Origin: Pseudomonadota bacterium
GTDB lineage: Bacteria > Pseudomonadota > Gammaproteobacteria > Burkholderiales > Burkholderiaceae_A
Direction of reading: 5' to 3'
Length of the DNA: 64,000 nucleotides
Assembly: GCA_046047535.1 (NCBI GenBank)
Contig: JBJOHS010000023.1
Coordinates: 9,031-73,030, forward strand
In this document: piece after piece, positions 40,178-51,111 of the stretch
Layout: every line of letters begins with the position of its first letter
Numbering within the stretch: position 1 is the first letter of the stretch
Made by a program: the position numbers and the translations under genes
Notes under the pieces: generated by a model
Seen by the model: only the letters and a program-made list of their open reading frames with translations
Told to the model about the DNA's origin: nothing
The model's database searches: none

Positions 40178-40203
40178 GGCAGTCTCTTTCTTGTGTGGTT
40201 GTA

Positions 40204-40241
40204 TTAACGTTAACGTTAACGTTAACCTTGCAGATCGTCAA
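40204..40241 (-). promoter_or_regulatory. LiuR operator overlapping the sigma70 promoter of liuA
   Basis: (TTAACG)3-TTAACC at 40204-40227 resembles the LiuR box. On the minus strand, TTGACG (40241-40236)-17 nt-TAACGT (40218-40213). Confidence 0.8.
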
Positions 40242-40290
40242 GCAATCAGGTCAGAATGCAATCAATAAAAAATATAGCCTGGAGACAGTT

Positions 40291-40692
40291 GTGACTGAAG
40301 AGCCCATTCACCATCCTGATGCCGAACTGGTATTGCGGGTCGTTCCTATGCCTGCCGATGCCAATGCCAATGGCGATATTTTTGGCGGCTGGGTGATGGC
40401 CCAGGTCGATATTGCAGGCAGTGTTCCGGCGGTGCGTCTGGCCAAAGGCAGGGTGGCGACCGTCGCGGTCAACAGCTTTCATTTCAAGCAGCCTGTCTCT
40501 GTGGGTGACTTGCTTTCATTCTGGGCCCGAGTGGTGAAGGTGGGTGTGAGTTCAGTCACCGTTCATGTAGAGGTCTCCGCAGAGCGTCATCCGGAGGATC
40601 CAATTCTGGTGAAGGTCACCGACGCTATCCTTACCTATGTGGCAATAGACCCCACGGGTCAGAAGCGCCCGTTGCCAGTACCGCTGCAGTGA
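40291..40692 (+). CDS. Hotdog-fold acyl-CoA thioesterase (YciA-like)
   Basis: MPADANANGDIFGGW.M.QVD.AG, GRVATVAV and TYVAID; GGAG SD before GTG 40291. Confidence 0.92.
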   Translation: MTEEPIHHPDAELVLRVVPMPADANANGDIFGGWVMAQVDIAGSVPAVRLAKGRVATVAVNSFHFKQPVSVGDLLSFWARVVKVGVSSVTVHVEVSAERHPEDPILVKVTDAILTYVAIDPTGQKRPLPVPLQ

Positions 40693-40757
40693 CCCCCGAT
40701 CTGCAGTAACCCCGATCTACCACTCGTTCAGAAGCATTTAATCCCTAAGGAGAAGTG

Positions 40758-41498
40758 ATGGCCGTCCGCGTCAATCCTGAGCAGGTCTCTGTGACCGTTC
40801 CCCACCCCGAGAGTGTCGACCTCGCGATCCGTTCGCGTTTCTCCGCCCGGGCCTTTCTTCCGAAACCCGTGGCGCGGTCTCTTATTGAGGAGATCCTCGA
40901 TGTGTCCGCCCGCGCACCCTCAGGGGTGAATACGCAGCCGTGGAAGGTCTACGTGCTTCAAGGGGCCGCCTTGCGACGCCTCATTGATCGCGCTTGTGCG
41001 GCGCACGATCTGGTCTATCGTGAACCTGAGCGCGCCAAAGAGTTTCCGCGCGACTACGACTACTATCCCCTGCAATGGCCACCGGTCTATCTCGATCGCC
41101 GGCGAGAGAATGGTTGGGGTCTCTATGGACTCCTTGGTATAGGTAAGGGTGACAAGGACAAGATGCATGCTCAGCATCAGAAGAACTTCCGGTTCTTCGA
41201 TGCACCGGTGGGCCTCATGTTCACCGTCGATCGGGCGCTGGCTGCGGGCTCTCTGGTCGACTACGGGATGTTCTTGCAGTGCATCATGCTCGCCGCTCGG
41301 GCACGCGGCCTGCATACTTGTCCGCAGGCGGCTTGGAATGACTTCGCGTCTGTCGTGCGAACGGAGATCGGAGCGGCCGAGAACGAGTCAGTGGTCTGTG
41401 GCATGGCCCTCGGTTACCTCGACCCGAACGATCCAGTAAACCACTTTGATGCCGGGCGGGTCTCGGCCCACGCGTTCACCGAGTGGTTGTCAGACTAA
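40758..41498 (+). CDS. Nitroreductase family protein
   Basis: SR.SARAF, RAPSG.N.QPW, NFRFFDAP, D.GMF.Q.IMLAARARGL.TC.Q and CGMALGY. Confidence 0.92.
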   Translation: MAVRVNPEQVSVTVPHPESVDLAIRSRFSARAFLPKPVARSLIEEILDVSARAPSGVNTQPWKVYVLQGAALRRLIDRACAAHDLVYREPERAKEFPRDYDYYPLQWPPVYLDRRRENGWGLYGLLGIGKGDKDKMHAQHQKNFRFFDAPVGLMFTVDRALAAGSLVDYGMFLQCIMLAARARGLHTCPQAAWNDFASVVRTEIGAAENESVVCGMALGYLDPNDPVNHFDAGRVSAHAFTEWLSD

Positions 41499-41580
41499 GG
41501 CAGGGTCATCACTAGGCTGTCAACCTAATAGCCTTGTGTTACTTTAAAACGATGTATTTAGACATGAAGACTATTGCCGA

Positions 41581-44500
41581 ATGACAGACCATTCGATCCA
41601 GAGTGCGCTGCCAGTCGTTTCTGCCTCAGAGCCTCCGCTGCGCTTTGTTACGGCAGCCTCTCTTTTCGATGGTCACGATGCGTCGATCAGCATTGTTCGA
41701 CGACTCTTGCAAGACCAGGGGTGCGAGGTTGTTCATCTAGGGCATAACCGATCTGTGGCTGAGATCGTAGAGGCCGCTGTGCAAGAAGATGCTCATGGGA
41801 TTGCGGTCTCAAGCTACCAGGGCGGTCACGTCGAGTTTTTCAAATTCATGGTCGATCTTCTGCGCACCCGTGGTGCCGGTCATGTTCGTGTCTTCGGGGG
41901 CGGTGGTGGGGTCATCGTGCCCTCAGAACGTGAGGACCTAATGGCCTACGGGGTTGAGTGCATTTACAGCCCCGAAGATGGGCAGCGGCTTGGCCTCGTC
42001 GGCATGATCACCGATATGATCGCCCGGGCCCGTCAGGCGGCCCGACCCCCACGGCAAGCCACCGATCTTATTGAGTCTCTTTGCGCGGGCAGGCGATATG
42101 GCCCTAGCGCTGCCGCTGCGCTGGCAGAATTAATTAGTCAGGCTGAGAACGGGCTTGTTTCGGCTGCCGACCGTACCCTGTTGACGTCCCGTGCGGCCCA
42201 GCGATCTATGCCTATTCTCGGCATCACCGGCACCGGGGGCGCAGGGAAGTCTTCCCTTACCGATGAACTGGTTCTGCGGTTCCGAATAGACAGTAAAGAC
42301 GACCTTCGGATCGCAGTCATTTCAATTGACCCGTCACGAAGAAAATCGATGGGTGCCCTGCTGGGCGATCGGATTCGCATGAATGCCATCAACTCAGAGG
42401 CTATCTTCATGCGTTCTATGGCGACCCGCGACGCCGGAAGCGAGATCTCCAAGGCTCTGCCGATTGCACTCGATTGCTGTCGGCTTGCAGGCTTCGACCT
42501 CGCGATTGTCGAGACCTCAGGCATCGGCCAGGGAGATGCGGCGGTTGTGCCTTTTGTTGACAAGACGCTCTATGTCATGACGCCCGAGTTCGGTGCAGCC
42601 AGTCAGCTAGAGAAGATCGATATGCTCGATTTTGCAGACTTCGTGGCGATCAATAAGTTTGACCGCCGCGGGGGTCAAGACGCGCTGCGAGATGTCTCCA
42701 AGCAGTTTCAGCGCAACAAGCAGCTCTGGTCGGAGGCGCTTGAGGTGCTGCCGGTTTTTGGAACCCAGGCCTCCCGATTCAATGATGATGGGGTTTTGGC
42801 TCTCTATCACCGCATACGCGAAGATCTTGCGCCTCTTGGCCTGAAGACCAGCGCCGGCGTCTTGTCGCGGCCCAGTGGGCGTGCCTCTACTGCGCGTGAT
42901 GCCATCATTCCTGCCGCGCGGTCCCGCTATCTCTCTGAGATTTCTGATGTTGTACGTCGACTCCATCGGGAGGCGGAGGCCCAGGCAGCGCTGGCGCGCG
43001 AGATTCAGTCCCTCGAGTCTGCCTCCGCGATTGCAACCGCCGCGGGCCAGTTGGTTGACTTCTCAGAGCTCATAGCGGAACGGCGCTCCGCCCAGGACCC
43101 GCGTGCTGCACAGCTCATTGCCGGTTGGCAGGCTACCGCCGATGCCTACCGGCAGGAGGCATTCACGATCCAGATTCGTGATCGAAGTCAGGTGCATCCG
43201 CTCTATATCGATACGCTGTCGGGTACCCATATGCCGCGGATTGGTCTGCCGCGCCTGCACGATCATGGTGATCTCTTGCGTTGGCGCATGCTCGAGAATC
43301 TTCCTGGCGAGTTTCCCTTCACCGGTGGTGTTTTCCCTTTTAAGCGCCAAGACGAGGACCCTACCCGCATGTTTGCGGGCGAGGGCGATCCGTTCCGTAC
43401 GAACCGACGATTCAAGCTCCTTTCGGAGGGGATGCCGGCTAAGCGGTTGTCGACCGCCTTTGATTCTGTCACTCTCTACGGACAAGATCCGGGGCTGCGT
43501 CCAGATATCTATGGCAAGGTGGGCAACTCTGGCGTTTCTATTGCCACGCTAGACGATATGAAGGCCCTCTACGCGGGATTCGACCTCTGCGACCCTGCAA
43601 CGTCTGTGAGCATGACCATTAATGGTCCGGCGCCAACAATTCTGGCTATGTTCTTTAATGCAGCGATAGATCAGAAGGAGCAGGCCCTGTCGGAAGAAAA
43701 GGGGCGTCCACTGACAGAGGCAGAACAGCAAGAGGCGCGGGCCTGGGTTCTTCAAAATATCCGTGGAACGGTGCAGGCCGATATTCTCAAAGAAGATCAG
43801 GGGCAAAACACCTGCATTTTCTCTACTGAATTTAGCCTGAAGGTTATGGGAGACATACAGGCCTATTTTGTCGATCATAAGGTTCGTAACTTCTACTCGG
43901 TCTCGATCTCGGGCTACCACATTGCTGAGGCGGGAGCTAATCCCATTTCGCAACTGGCCTTTACCCTTGCCAATGCCTTTACCTACGTGGAGAGTTACCT
44001 TGCGCGGGGAATGAAGATCGACGACTTCGCGCCCAATCTCTCGTTCTTCTTTAGTAACGGCATGGACCCCGAATACGCGGTACTCGGACGGGTAGCCCGC
44101 AGGATCTGGGCGGTGGCCATGCGCGATCGTTATGGCGCCAACAGCCGCAGCCAGAAATTGAAGTACCACATCCAGACATCCGGCCGCAGCCTGCATGCCC
44201 AAGAGATCGATTTCAACGATATTCGTACGACCCTGCAGGCGCTCATTGCCATCTACGACAACTGCAATTCTCTGCATACCAACGCCTACGACGAGGCAAT
44301 CACAACCCCCACAGAGGAGAGCGTACGTCGGGCGATGGCGATCCAACTCATCATCAATCGCGAGTGGGGGCTGGCCAAGTCAGACAATCCGAACCAGGGG
44401 TCTTTCATTCTGGAAGAGCTCACCGATTTGGTCGAAGAGGCGGTCTTGCAGGAGTTCGATCGAATTTCTGATCGAGGGGGTGTGCTCGGTGCCATGGAGA

Positions 44501-44862
44501 CAGGCTACCAGCGGGGCAAGATCCAAGATGAGTCTATGCATTACGAGCATCTCAAGCATACCGGCGATCTGCCCATTATTGGGGTGAACACGTTCTTGAA
44601 GCCCGGTGGCAATGCACCCGTTGAAGATATTGTGCTCGCGCGCTCTACCGAGGAGGAGAAGCGCAGCCAGCTCACCCGGCTTGAGGCGTTCCATCAACAG
44701 CATGCCATGCAGTCTGCCGCCGCCCTCGAAAGCTTACGTAATACGGTAATCAGCGGTGGCAACGTTTTTGAGGCGCTAATGCATACCGTGCGCCATTGCT
44801 CCCTGGGCCAGATCACCGACACCCTTTTCGCAGTTGGTGGCCAGTACCGACGGAATATGTAG
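41581..44862 (+). CDS. icmF: Fused isobutyryl-CoA mutase / MeaI GTPase chaperone (B12-dependent)
   Basis: 1093 aa: N-terminal B12 domain (FDGHDAS), GTPase ([21 protein letters not shown]) and mutase barrel ([30 protein letters not shown]). Confidence 0.96.
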   Translation: MTDHSIQSALPVVSASEPPLRFVTAASLFDGHDASISIVRRLLQDQGCEVVHLGHNRSVAEIVEAAVQEDAHGIAVSSYQGGHVEFFKFMVDLLRTRGAGHVRVFGGGGGVIVPSEREDLMAYGVECIYSPEDGQRLGLVGMITDMIARARQAARPPRQATDLIESLCAGRRYGPSAAAALAELISQAENGLVSAADRTLLTSRAAQRSMPILGITGTGGAGKSSLTDELVLRFRIDSKDDLRIAVISIDPSRRKSMGALLGDRIRMNAINSEAIFMRSMATRDAGSEISKALPIALDCCRLAGFDLAIVETSGIGQGDAAVVPFVDKTLYVMTPEFGAASQLEKIDMLDFADFVAINKFDRRGGQDALRDVSKQFQRNKQLWSEALEVLPVFGTQASRFNDDGVLALYHRIREDLAPLGLKTSAGVLSRPSGRASTARDAIIPAARSRYLSEISDVVRRLHREAEAQAALAREIQSLESASAIATAAGQLVDFSELIAERRSAQDPRAAQLIAGWQATADAYRQEAFTIQIRDRSQVHPLYIDTLSGTHMPRIGLPRLHDHGDLLRWRMLENLPGEFPFTGGVFPFKRQDEDPTRMFAGEGDPFRTNRRFKLLSEGMPAKRLSTAFDSVTLYGQDPGLRPDIYGKVGNSGVSIATLDDMKALYAGFDLCDPATSVSMTINGPAPTILAMFFNAAIDQKEQALSEEKGRPLTEAEQQEARAWVLQNIRGTVQADILKEDQGQNTCIFSTEFSLKVMGDIQAYFVDHKVRNFYSVSISGYHIAEAGANPISQLAFTLANAFTYVESYLARGMKIDDFAPNLSFFFSNGMDPEYAVLGRVARRIWAVAMRDRYGANSRSQKLKYHIQTSGRSLHAQEIDFNDIRTTLQALIAIYDNCNSLHTNAYDEAITTPTEESVRRAMAIQLIINREWGLAKSDNPNQGSFILEELTDLVEEAVLQEFDRISDRGGVLGAMETGYQRGKIQDESMHYEHLKHTGDLPIIGVNTFLKPGGNAPVEDIVLARSTEEEKRSQLTRLEAFHQQHAMQSAAALESLRNTVISGGNVFEALMHTVRHCSLGQITDTLFAVGGQYRRNM

Positions 44863-44899
44863 CGACCTGCGCGCCCACTTGACTCTTCTCTAGACGCCT

Positions 44900-46849
44900 A
44901 TGCCGACCGCCATCGAAACCACCTTCCCCCGGGTCCTGATGCAGCATGCCACTCTGCGACCGCAGCGTCCCGCCTACCGGGAGAAGTATCTCGGTATATG
45001 GCAGACCGACACTTGGCAGGAGGCGGGCCAGAAGGTTCGGCAAATGGCCTGCGGGCTCGCCAGCCTGGGCTTCCAGCGCGGGATGAGCCTAGCGATTATT
45101 GGCGATAACCGCCCGCAGCTCTACCAGGCCATGCTTGCGGCCCAGGCATTGGGAGGTATTGCCGTTCCGCTGTATCAAGATGCGGTCGCGGCCGAGATGG
45201 TCTATGTGCTACAAGATGCCGAGGTGCAGTTCGCCTTTGCTGAAGACCAGGAGCAGGTAGATAAACTCCTCGAGGTAAGCGATCAGGTAACTAACCTGCA
45301 CAACGTTTTCTATCTCGATCCGCGAGGTATGCGCGACTACGACCATGGACATCTCAAGCCGATTGAGGAGTTGATTGCCCTCGGCAAAGACTTTGATGCC
45401 GCCCATCCTGGTTTTTTCGATGCCGAGATCGCCAAGGGCCAGGCCTCCGATGTCTGCGTCATTCTCTATACCTCCGGAACCACCGGTCGTCCCAAGGGCG
45501 TCTGTCAGACCCATGCGTCCATGTTGGGTGCCGGTCGCGGCGCTTGCGAAGTCGATTGTCTCAGTGACAGAGACGACATGATGGCCTACCTTCCGATGGC
45601 CTGGGTCGGAGACTTTCTCTTTTCCATGGCGCAGTGTATGGCCTCCGGCTTCACAGTGAACTGCCCGGAGTCCCGAGATACCGTCAGTGCAGATATGAAG
45701 GAGATCGGACCAACCTATTACTTCGCCCCGCCGCGCGTCTATGAAGGCCTGCTCACTTCAGTCACCATCCGTATGGAAGATGCGGGGCTTATCAAGAGAA
45801 AGATGTTCGATTACTTTATGGGGGTGGCTGCCCGCTGCGGAGCAGATATTCTTGATGGGCGATCGGTAGGTCTGCTCGACCGCCTTCTCTATGGCCTGGG
45901 CTACTTCTTTGTCTACGGACCATTGCGCAATACGCTCGGTATGTCGCGTATTCGGGTTGCCTACACGGCTGGTGAGGCTATTGGCCCAGACCTCTTTAAG
46001 TTCTACCGCTCTATTGGCGTTAATCTAAAGCAGCTCTACGGCCAGACGGAGAGTTGTGCGTATGCCTGCATTCAACGAGACGGAGAAGTGAAGTATGACT
46101 CGGTGGGTACACCCTCACCCGGTGTGGAGATCAAGATCGGGGAGAACAGTGAGGTCTTGGTGCGTGGGGTATCGCTGCTCAAAGAATATTACAAACGCCC
46201 TGATGCCACCGCTGAAGCCATTGATGCCGAGGGCTATTTCCATACTGGGGATGCAGGCGTGCTCGACAACGATGGTCATCTGCGCATCATTGACCGCGCA
46301 AAAGATGTGTCAAAGATGGCCTCAGGTAAAGTCTTCGCCCCTAAATACATCGAAAACAAACTCAAGTTCTTCAGTTATATCAAGGAGGCGGTCGTCTTTG
46401 GTTCAGATCGCGACTTTATCGGTGCCTTCATCAATATTGATTTTGAGGCGGTAGGTAACTGGGCCGAGCGTCGCAACATTGCTTATAGTGGCTACATCGA
46501 CCTGGCCGGTAACCCGTCGGTCTCTAAGCTCATCGCAGAATGTATTGAGAAGATGAATCGCGAACTCTCTAAAGAGAAGATGCTTGGCCATGCCCAGATC
46601 TCTCGGTTTCTGGTGCTGCATAAGGAGCTAGATCCCGACGACGACGAGCTTACCCGCACCCGTAAGGTTCGGCGCGGCTTCGTCGAGGAAAAATACAGCC
46701 CGCTGATCAAGGCAATCTATGGCGGTCTGTCGGAGCAGTTTATTGAGACGGATGTACGGTTTGAGGATGGGCGTGTTGGTAAGGTCTCTGCGACGCTGCG
46801 GGTGCATGACGTTCCGACCTTCTCTCTGCAACAGGAGGCCATGGCATGA
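44900..46849 (+). CDS. Long-chain acyl-CoA synthetase (AMP-binding)
   Basis: YTSGTTGRPKG, YGQTE, FHTGDAG and IIDRAKD. Confidence 0.92.
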   Translation: MPTAIETTFPRVLMQHATLRPQRPAYREKYLGIWQTDTWQEAGQKVRQMACGLASLGFQRGMSLAIIGDNRPQLYQAMLAAQALGGIAVPLYQDAVAAEMVYVLQDAEVQFAFAEDQEQVDKLLEVSDQVTNLHNVFYLDPRGMRDYDHGHLKPIEELIALGKDFDAAHPGFFDAEIAKGQASDVCVILYTSGTTGRPKGVCQTHASMLGAGRGACEVDCLSDRDDMMAYLPMAWVGDFLFSMAQCMASGFTVNCPESRDTVSADMKEIGPTYYFAPPRVYEGLLTSVTIRMEDAGLIKRKMFDYFMGVAARCGADILDGRSVGLLDRLLYGLGYFFVYGPLRNTLGMSRIRVAYTAGEAIGPDLFKFYRSIGVNLKQLYGQTESCAYACIQRDGEVKYDSVGTPSPGVEIKIGENSEVLVRGVSLLKEYYKRPDATAEAIDAEGYFHTGDAGVLDNDGHLRIIDRAKDVSKMASGKVFAPKYIENKLKFFSYIKEAVVFGSDRDFIGAFINIDFEAVGNWAERRNIAYSGYIDLAGNPSVSKLIAECIEKMNRELSKEKMLGHAQISRFLVLHKELDPDDDELTRTRKVRRGFVEEKYSPLIKAIYGGLSEQFIETDVRFEDGRVGKVSATLRVHDVPTFSLQQEAMA

Positions 46850-47625
46850 CCCAGACCGATGACATCATTCTGGAGGTAAAGGGCATTAGCCTGTCCTTCG
46901 GCGGTATCCAGGCACTCTCAAATATTTCATTTGATGTTCGGCGTAAAGAGATTCGGGCAATCATTGGCCCGAATGGTGCAGGTAAGAGTTCCATGCTCAA
47001 CTGTATCAATGGCGCCTATAAGCCACAGGAGGGGCAGATCGTCTTTGAAGGCAGTGTCCTCTCTGACGTAAACCCCCACAAGATGGCCAGTCTAGGAATT
47101 GCCAGAACTTTCCAGCATCTGGCCCTTTTTAAGGGCATGTCCGTTCTGGACAACATCATGACCGGACGTAGCCTGAAGATAAAGTCCAACATGTTCCTGC
47201 AGGCCTTACGCATTGGGCCTGCCGAGCGCGAAGAGATCGTTCATCGTGAGTTTGTAGAGAACATCATTGATTTTCTTGGTATCCAGCAGTATCGCAATAC
47301 CGCAGTGGGTACGCTGCCCTATGGACTTCAGAAGCGGGTAGATCTTGGGCGTGCCTTGGCTATGGAACCCAAGATCCTACTGCTTGACGAACCCATGGCC
47401 GGCATGAATGTGGAAGAAAAGCAGGACATGTGCCGCTTCGTTCTTGATGTGAATGATGAGTTTGGAACAACCATCGTTCTGATTGAACACGATATGAGTG
47501 TGGTCATGGACATATCGAGCAGGGTCGTGGTCTTGGATTACGGAAAAAAGATTGGGGACGATGTACCGGACGCGGTACGCAAGAACCCCGACGTCATCAA
47601 CGCCTATCTTGGCACTGAGCACTAG
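46846..47625 (+). CDS. HAAT-type ABC transporter ATP-binding protein (LivG-like)
   Basis: GPNGAGKS, ARTFQ, LPYG.QKRV and LLLDEP.AG. Confidence 0.93.
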   Translation: MTQTDDIILEVKGISLSFGGIQALSNISFDVRRKEIRAIIGPNGAGKSSMLNCINGAYKPQEGQIVFEGSVLSDVNPHKMASLGIARTFQHLALFKGMSVLDNIMTGRSLKIKSNMFLQALRIGPAEREEIVHREFVENIIDFLGIQQYRNTAVGTLPYGLQKRVDLGRALAMEPKILLLDEPMAGMNVEEKQDMCRFVLDVNDEFGTTIVLIEHDMSVVMDISSRVVVLDYGKKIGDDVPDAVRKNPDVINAYLGTEH

Positions 47626-47639
47626 ACGGAGGCGGGACC

Positions 47640-48569
47640 ATGGGATTTTTCCTCGAAACCCTCTTCGGCGGCCTGATGGCCGGAGTCTTGTATTCACTTG
47701 TTGCCCTCGGCTTTGTTCTCATCTTCAAGGCTTCGGGGGTTTTTAACTTTGCCCAGGGCGCGATGGTACTTTTTGCGGCGTTGTCAATGGCCCGATTCTC
47801 GGAATGGCTGCCTCTCTGGCTTGGGTTTGAGAATAAAGTACTCGCTAATCTTTTGGCGTTTGCGATATCAGCCGCTGTAATGTTGGCCTTCGCCTGGCTG
47901 GTGGAGCGCTATGTCCTGAGGCATCTGGTTAACCAAGAGGCGGTTGCCCTCTTGATGGCCACGCTGGGCATTACCTATTTTCTTGATGGCTTTGGCCAGA
48001 CTATTTTTGGCAGTGCGGTCTACAAGATTGATGTTGGAATGCCAAAAGAACCTATCTTTATTCTTGACACGGTCTTTGAGGGGGGGCTTTTAATTAACCA
48101 AGAGGATCTCTATGCAGCCCTCGTCGCGGCCGCCCTTGTTGGACTCCTGACGCTCTTCTTTCAGAAGACGAGCACGGGTAGGGCGCTGCGCGCAGTGGCC
48201 GATGACCACCAGGCCGCGCAGTCGATTGGTATTCCTCTCAATCGTATGTGGGTGGTTGTCTGGTTTGTGGCGGGCATTACTGCCTTGGTCGCGGGAATTA
48301 TCTGGGGGTCAAAGATTGGTGTGCAGTTCTCTCTTACCCTGGTGGCGTTGAAGGCACTGCCGGTGATCATTATTGGCGGGCTGACCTCGGTACCCGGCGC
48401 CATTATTGGTGGACTCATTATTGGGGTCGGCGAGAAGCTCTCTGAAGTCTACCTAGGGCCTGCCCTCGGCGGCGGTATTGAGATCTGGTTTTCCTATGTT
48501 CTCGCCCTGTTTGTGCTGCTGATTCGACCGCAGGGTCTCTTCGGCGAAAAAATCATTGACCGCGTCTAG
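47640..48569 (+). CDS. HAAT-type ABC transporter permease (LivH-like)
   Basis: ALGFVLIFKASG.FNFAQG, GRALRAVA and RPQGLFG. Confidence 0.93.
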   Translation: MGFFLETLFGGLMAGVLYSLVALGFVLIFKASGVFNFAQGAMVLFAALSMARFSEWLPLWLGFENKVLANLLAFAISAAVMLAFAWLVERYVLRHLVNQEAVALLMATLGITYFLDGFGQTIFGSAVYKIDVGMPKEPIFILDTVFEGGLLINQEDLYAALVAAALVGLLTLFFQKTSTGRALRAVADDHQAAQSIGIPLNRMWVVVWFVAGITALVAGIIWGSKIGVQFSLTLVALKALPVIIIGGLTSVPGAIIGGLIIGVGEKLSEVYLGPALGGGIEIWFSYVLALFVLLIRPQGLFGEKIIDRV

Positions 48570-48581
48570 GGCTCTTACACC

Positions 48582-49658
48582 ATGATTTATAGAGAAAACG
48601 GCCAGTTCAAGACCAACTATCGCGATGACCAGCAGATCTTTCCGATCGCGCAGGACCGTTGGTTTGTCATTGCGGGGATTGCCTTTGCCTTCCTGGTGGT
48701 TCCCTTGCTTTTCGATGACTATGTCTTTAAGGCAATCCTCGTTCCGTTTCTCATTCTTTCGCTGGCAGCCATTGGGGTCAATGTTCTGGTCGGCTACTGC
48801 GGACAGATTTCCCTTGGGTCTGGCGCATTTATGGCCGTCGGCGCCTACATGGCCTACAACATGTTTGTCCGTTTTGAAGGCATGCCGCTTATTGGCGCGC
48901 TGCTGCTTGGCGGGTTTTTTGCAACGATCGTCGGGATTGTTTTTGGCATACCAAGCCTTCGGGTCAAAGGCCTGTACCTTGCGGTGGCGACCCTGGCTGC
49001 CCAGTTTTTCTGTGATTGGGCCTTTAGCCGCGTGCCTTGGTTCACCAACAACAGCACCTCAGGATCTGTGGCAGTCGGTGGGCTTGAGGTCTTGGGCTGG
49101 ACAATCGATACCCCTTTAGACAAGTATCTATTCTGCCTGGCCTTTCTCGTAGTCTTCGCCTTACTCACCAAGAATCTGGTTCGCGGGTCTGTGGGTCGTC
49201 AGTGGATGGCGATACGCGATATGGATGTGGCTGCTGCGGTGATTGGTATTCGTCCCGTCTATGCAAAACTCACCGCCTTCGCAGTCAGCTCTTTTATTAT
49301 TGGTGTGGCGGGAGGCCTCTGGGGATTTATCCATCTGGGCGCCTGGGAGCCTCTGGCATTTTCCATTGATCGGTCCTTCCAGCTGCTCTTTATCGTCATC
49401 ATTGGCGGCATGGGCTCTATCGTCGGCAGTATTTTTGGCGCGGCCTTCATCGTTATCTTGCCCATCTTCTTAAATCAGTTTCTGCCATTGGTGGGTAGCC
49501 TCGTGGGCCTGACCATTTCGACCGAAATGATCTCGCATGCCGAGTTCATGATTTTCGGGGCACTGATTGTCTGGTTCTTAATTGCCGAACCGCATGGTCT
49601 GGCAAAGCTCTGGAGTATTGGTAAACAAAAGCTTCGGCTCTGGCCTTTCCCGCATTAA
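48582..49658 (+). CDS. HAAT-type ABC transporter permease (LivM-like)
   Basis: GYCGQISLG, LRVKGLYLAVATLA, GR.WMAIRD and EPHGL. Confidence 0.93.
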   Translation: MIYRENGQFKTNYRDDQQIFPIAQDRWFVIAGIAFAFLVVPLLFDDYVFKAILVPFLILSLAAIGVNVLVGYCGQISLGSGAFMAVGAYMAYNMFVRFEGMPLIGALLLGGFFATIVGIVFGIPSLRVKGLYLAVATLAAQFFCDWAFSRVPWFTNNSTSGSVAVGGLEVLGWTIDTPLDKYLFCLAFLVVFALLTKNLVRGSVGRQWMAIRDMDVAAAVIGIRPVYAKLTAFAVSSFIIGVAGGLWGFIHLGAWEPLAFSIDRSFQLLFIVIIGGMGSIVGSIFGAAFIVILPIFLNQFLPLVGSLVGLTISTEMISHAEFMIFGALIVWFLIAEPHGLAKLWSIGKQKLRLWPFPH

Positions 49659-49749
49659 TTGAAGAGTTGTGGGGTAGCCCCGTCTTGGGGGCTGTCCGAT
49701 AGCAGTGGTGTAGTTTGGGGAGTACAAAGTGAATATAAGGAGACATGGC

Positions 49750-51087
49750 ATGAAAGTTCGACAACTATGGACATCGGTGGCCTTTTCGGCACTGACCCTC
49801 GCAGGCGTCGGCCTGCATACTGCGGCTGTCGCGCAGCAGAAGGTGCAATTCTTTCCTAGCCTCACGGGCCGTACTGGCCCAGTGGCGCCGAATGCGACCC
49901 CGTTTGCCAATGGCTACTGGGATTACATGAAGCTGGTGAATGCACGTGGCGGAATTAACGGTGTCATGACTCTGGTAGAAGAGTGCGAGACCGCCTACGC
50001 GACCGACCGAGGGGTTGAGTGCTACGAGCGTCTGAAGGGCAAGCACGGTGGCGCTACAGTCTTTCAGCCGCTCTCTACGGGTATTACCTTCGCTTTGACG
50101 GAGAAGGTGCCCACAGACAAGATTTCACTGATCACCTCGGGCTATGGCCGCAGTGATTCGGCCGATGGTGGCATCTTCAAGTGGAACTTCCCGCTCATTG
50201 GTCATTACTGGGTCGCCGGTGATGCGGTCCTGCGTCATATTGCCAACCTTGAAGGCGGCTGGGATAAGCTCAAGGGTAAGAAGATCGGTGTCGGATATCA
50301 CGACAGCCCCTTTGGCAAAGAACTTCTTCCCATTATTGAAGAGCGGGCCAAGCGCCATGGATTCACCCCACTGCTCCTGCCGATTCCCGCCCCGGGCGTC
50401 GAGCAGAAGTCAATATGGCTGAGGGTTCGGCAAGAGCGTCCCGACTATGTGATTCTTCAGACTTGGGGAATCATGACCGCCACTGCGGTACGTGAGGCCG
50501 TTGCTGTGGGCTATCCCACCAGCAAGATGTTCGGCACCTGGTGGTCTGGGGCAGAGCCCGATCTCAAAGATATTGGCGCGGCCGCGAAGGGCTACAGTGC
50601 CGTCATGATGCAGCATGGTCAGGCCAAGAACGCTGATGTGGTTAAAGAGATTCTTGAGAAAGTGCATGCCAAGGGTCAGGGAACCGGTCCACGTGATGAG
50701 GTCGGCGATGTGCTCTACATGCGTGGCGTCGTTGGTGCCATGCTGGCCGTTGAGGGCGTCTTTCGTGCCCAGGAGCGGTATGGTAAGGGTAAGGTCATGA
50801 CAGGTGAGCAGGCGCGTTGGGGCTATGAAAACCTCGACATCGGTCGTGGCCGACTTGGTCAGCTTGGATTTACCGGTGTGATCAGCCCCGTGAAGACCAG
50901 TTGTGACGACCACATGGGCTCGGCCTTTGCGCGGATTCATACTTGGGACGGCGCCAAGTTCAACTGGTCTTCCGACTGGGTTGAGGCAGACGAGAGCATT
51001 ATTCGCCCCATGGTGAAGGCCTCCGCCGATCGCTATGCATCGGATAAGAAGCTTACCCGTCGTCCCGCATCGGACTGCAACTCGTAA
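49750..51087 (+). CDS. HAAT-type ABC transporter substrate-binding protein
   Basis: Signal peptide ending AVA-QQ; NARGGINGV, ECETAY...RGVECYER; sits within the ABC operon. Confidence 0.92.
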   Translation: MKVRQLWTSVAFSALTLAGVGLHTAAVAQQKVQFFPSLTGRTGPVAPNATPFANGYWDYMKLVNARGGINGVMTLVEECETAYATDRGVECYERLKGKHGGATVFQPLSTGITFALTEKVPTDKISLITSGYGRSDSADGGIFKWNFPLIGHYWVAGDAVLRHIANLEGGWDKLKGKKIGVGYHDSPFGKELLPIIEERAKRHGFTPLLLPIPAPGVEQKSIWLRVRQERPDYVILQTWGIMTATAVREAVAVGYPTSKMFGTWWSGAEPDLKDIGAAAKGYSAVMMQHGQAKNADVVKEILEKVHAKGQGTGPRDEVGDVLYMRGVVGAMLAVEGVFRAQERYGKGKVMTGEQARWGYENLDIGRGRLGQLGFTGVISPVKTSCDDHMGSAFARIHTWDGAKFNWSSDWVEADESIIRPMVKASADRYASDKKLTRRPASDCNS

Positions 51088-51111
51088 CCCCTTCGTCAAG
51101 AGCGCGCCATC

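Noticed and set aside
10156-40715. Identical 12-mer CAGTAACCCCGA at 10156-10167 and 40704-40715
   Set aside because: Many shared 12-mers are expected by chance in 64 kb, and the contexts differ.
40684-40718. Tandem duplication CTGCAGTGACCCCCGAT/CTGCAGTAACCCCGAT at the thioesterase stop
   Set aside because: Two-copy slippage-type duplication with no sign of an att site or target-site duplication around an inserted element.
41499-41580. Cobalamin riboswitch upstream of icmF
   Set aside because: Only 82 nt, AT-rich, and no B12-box or core motifs.
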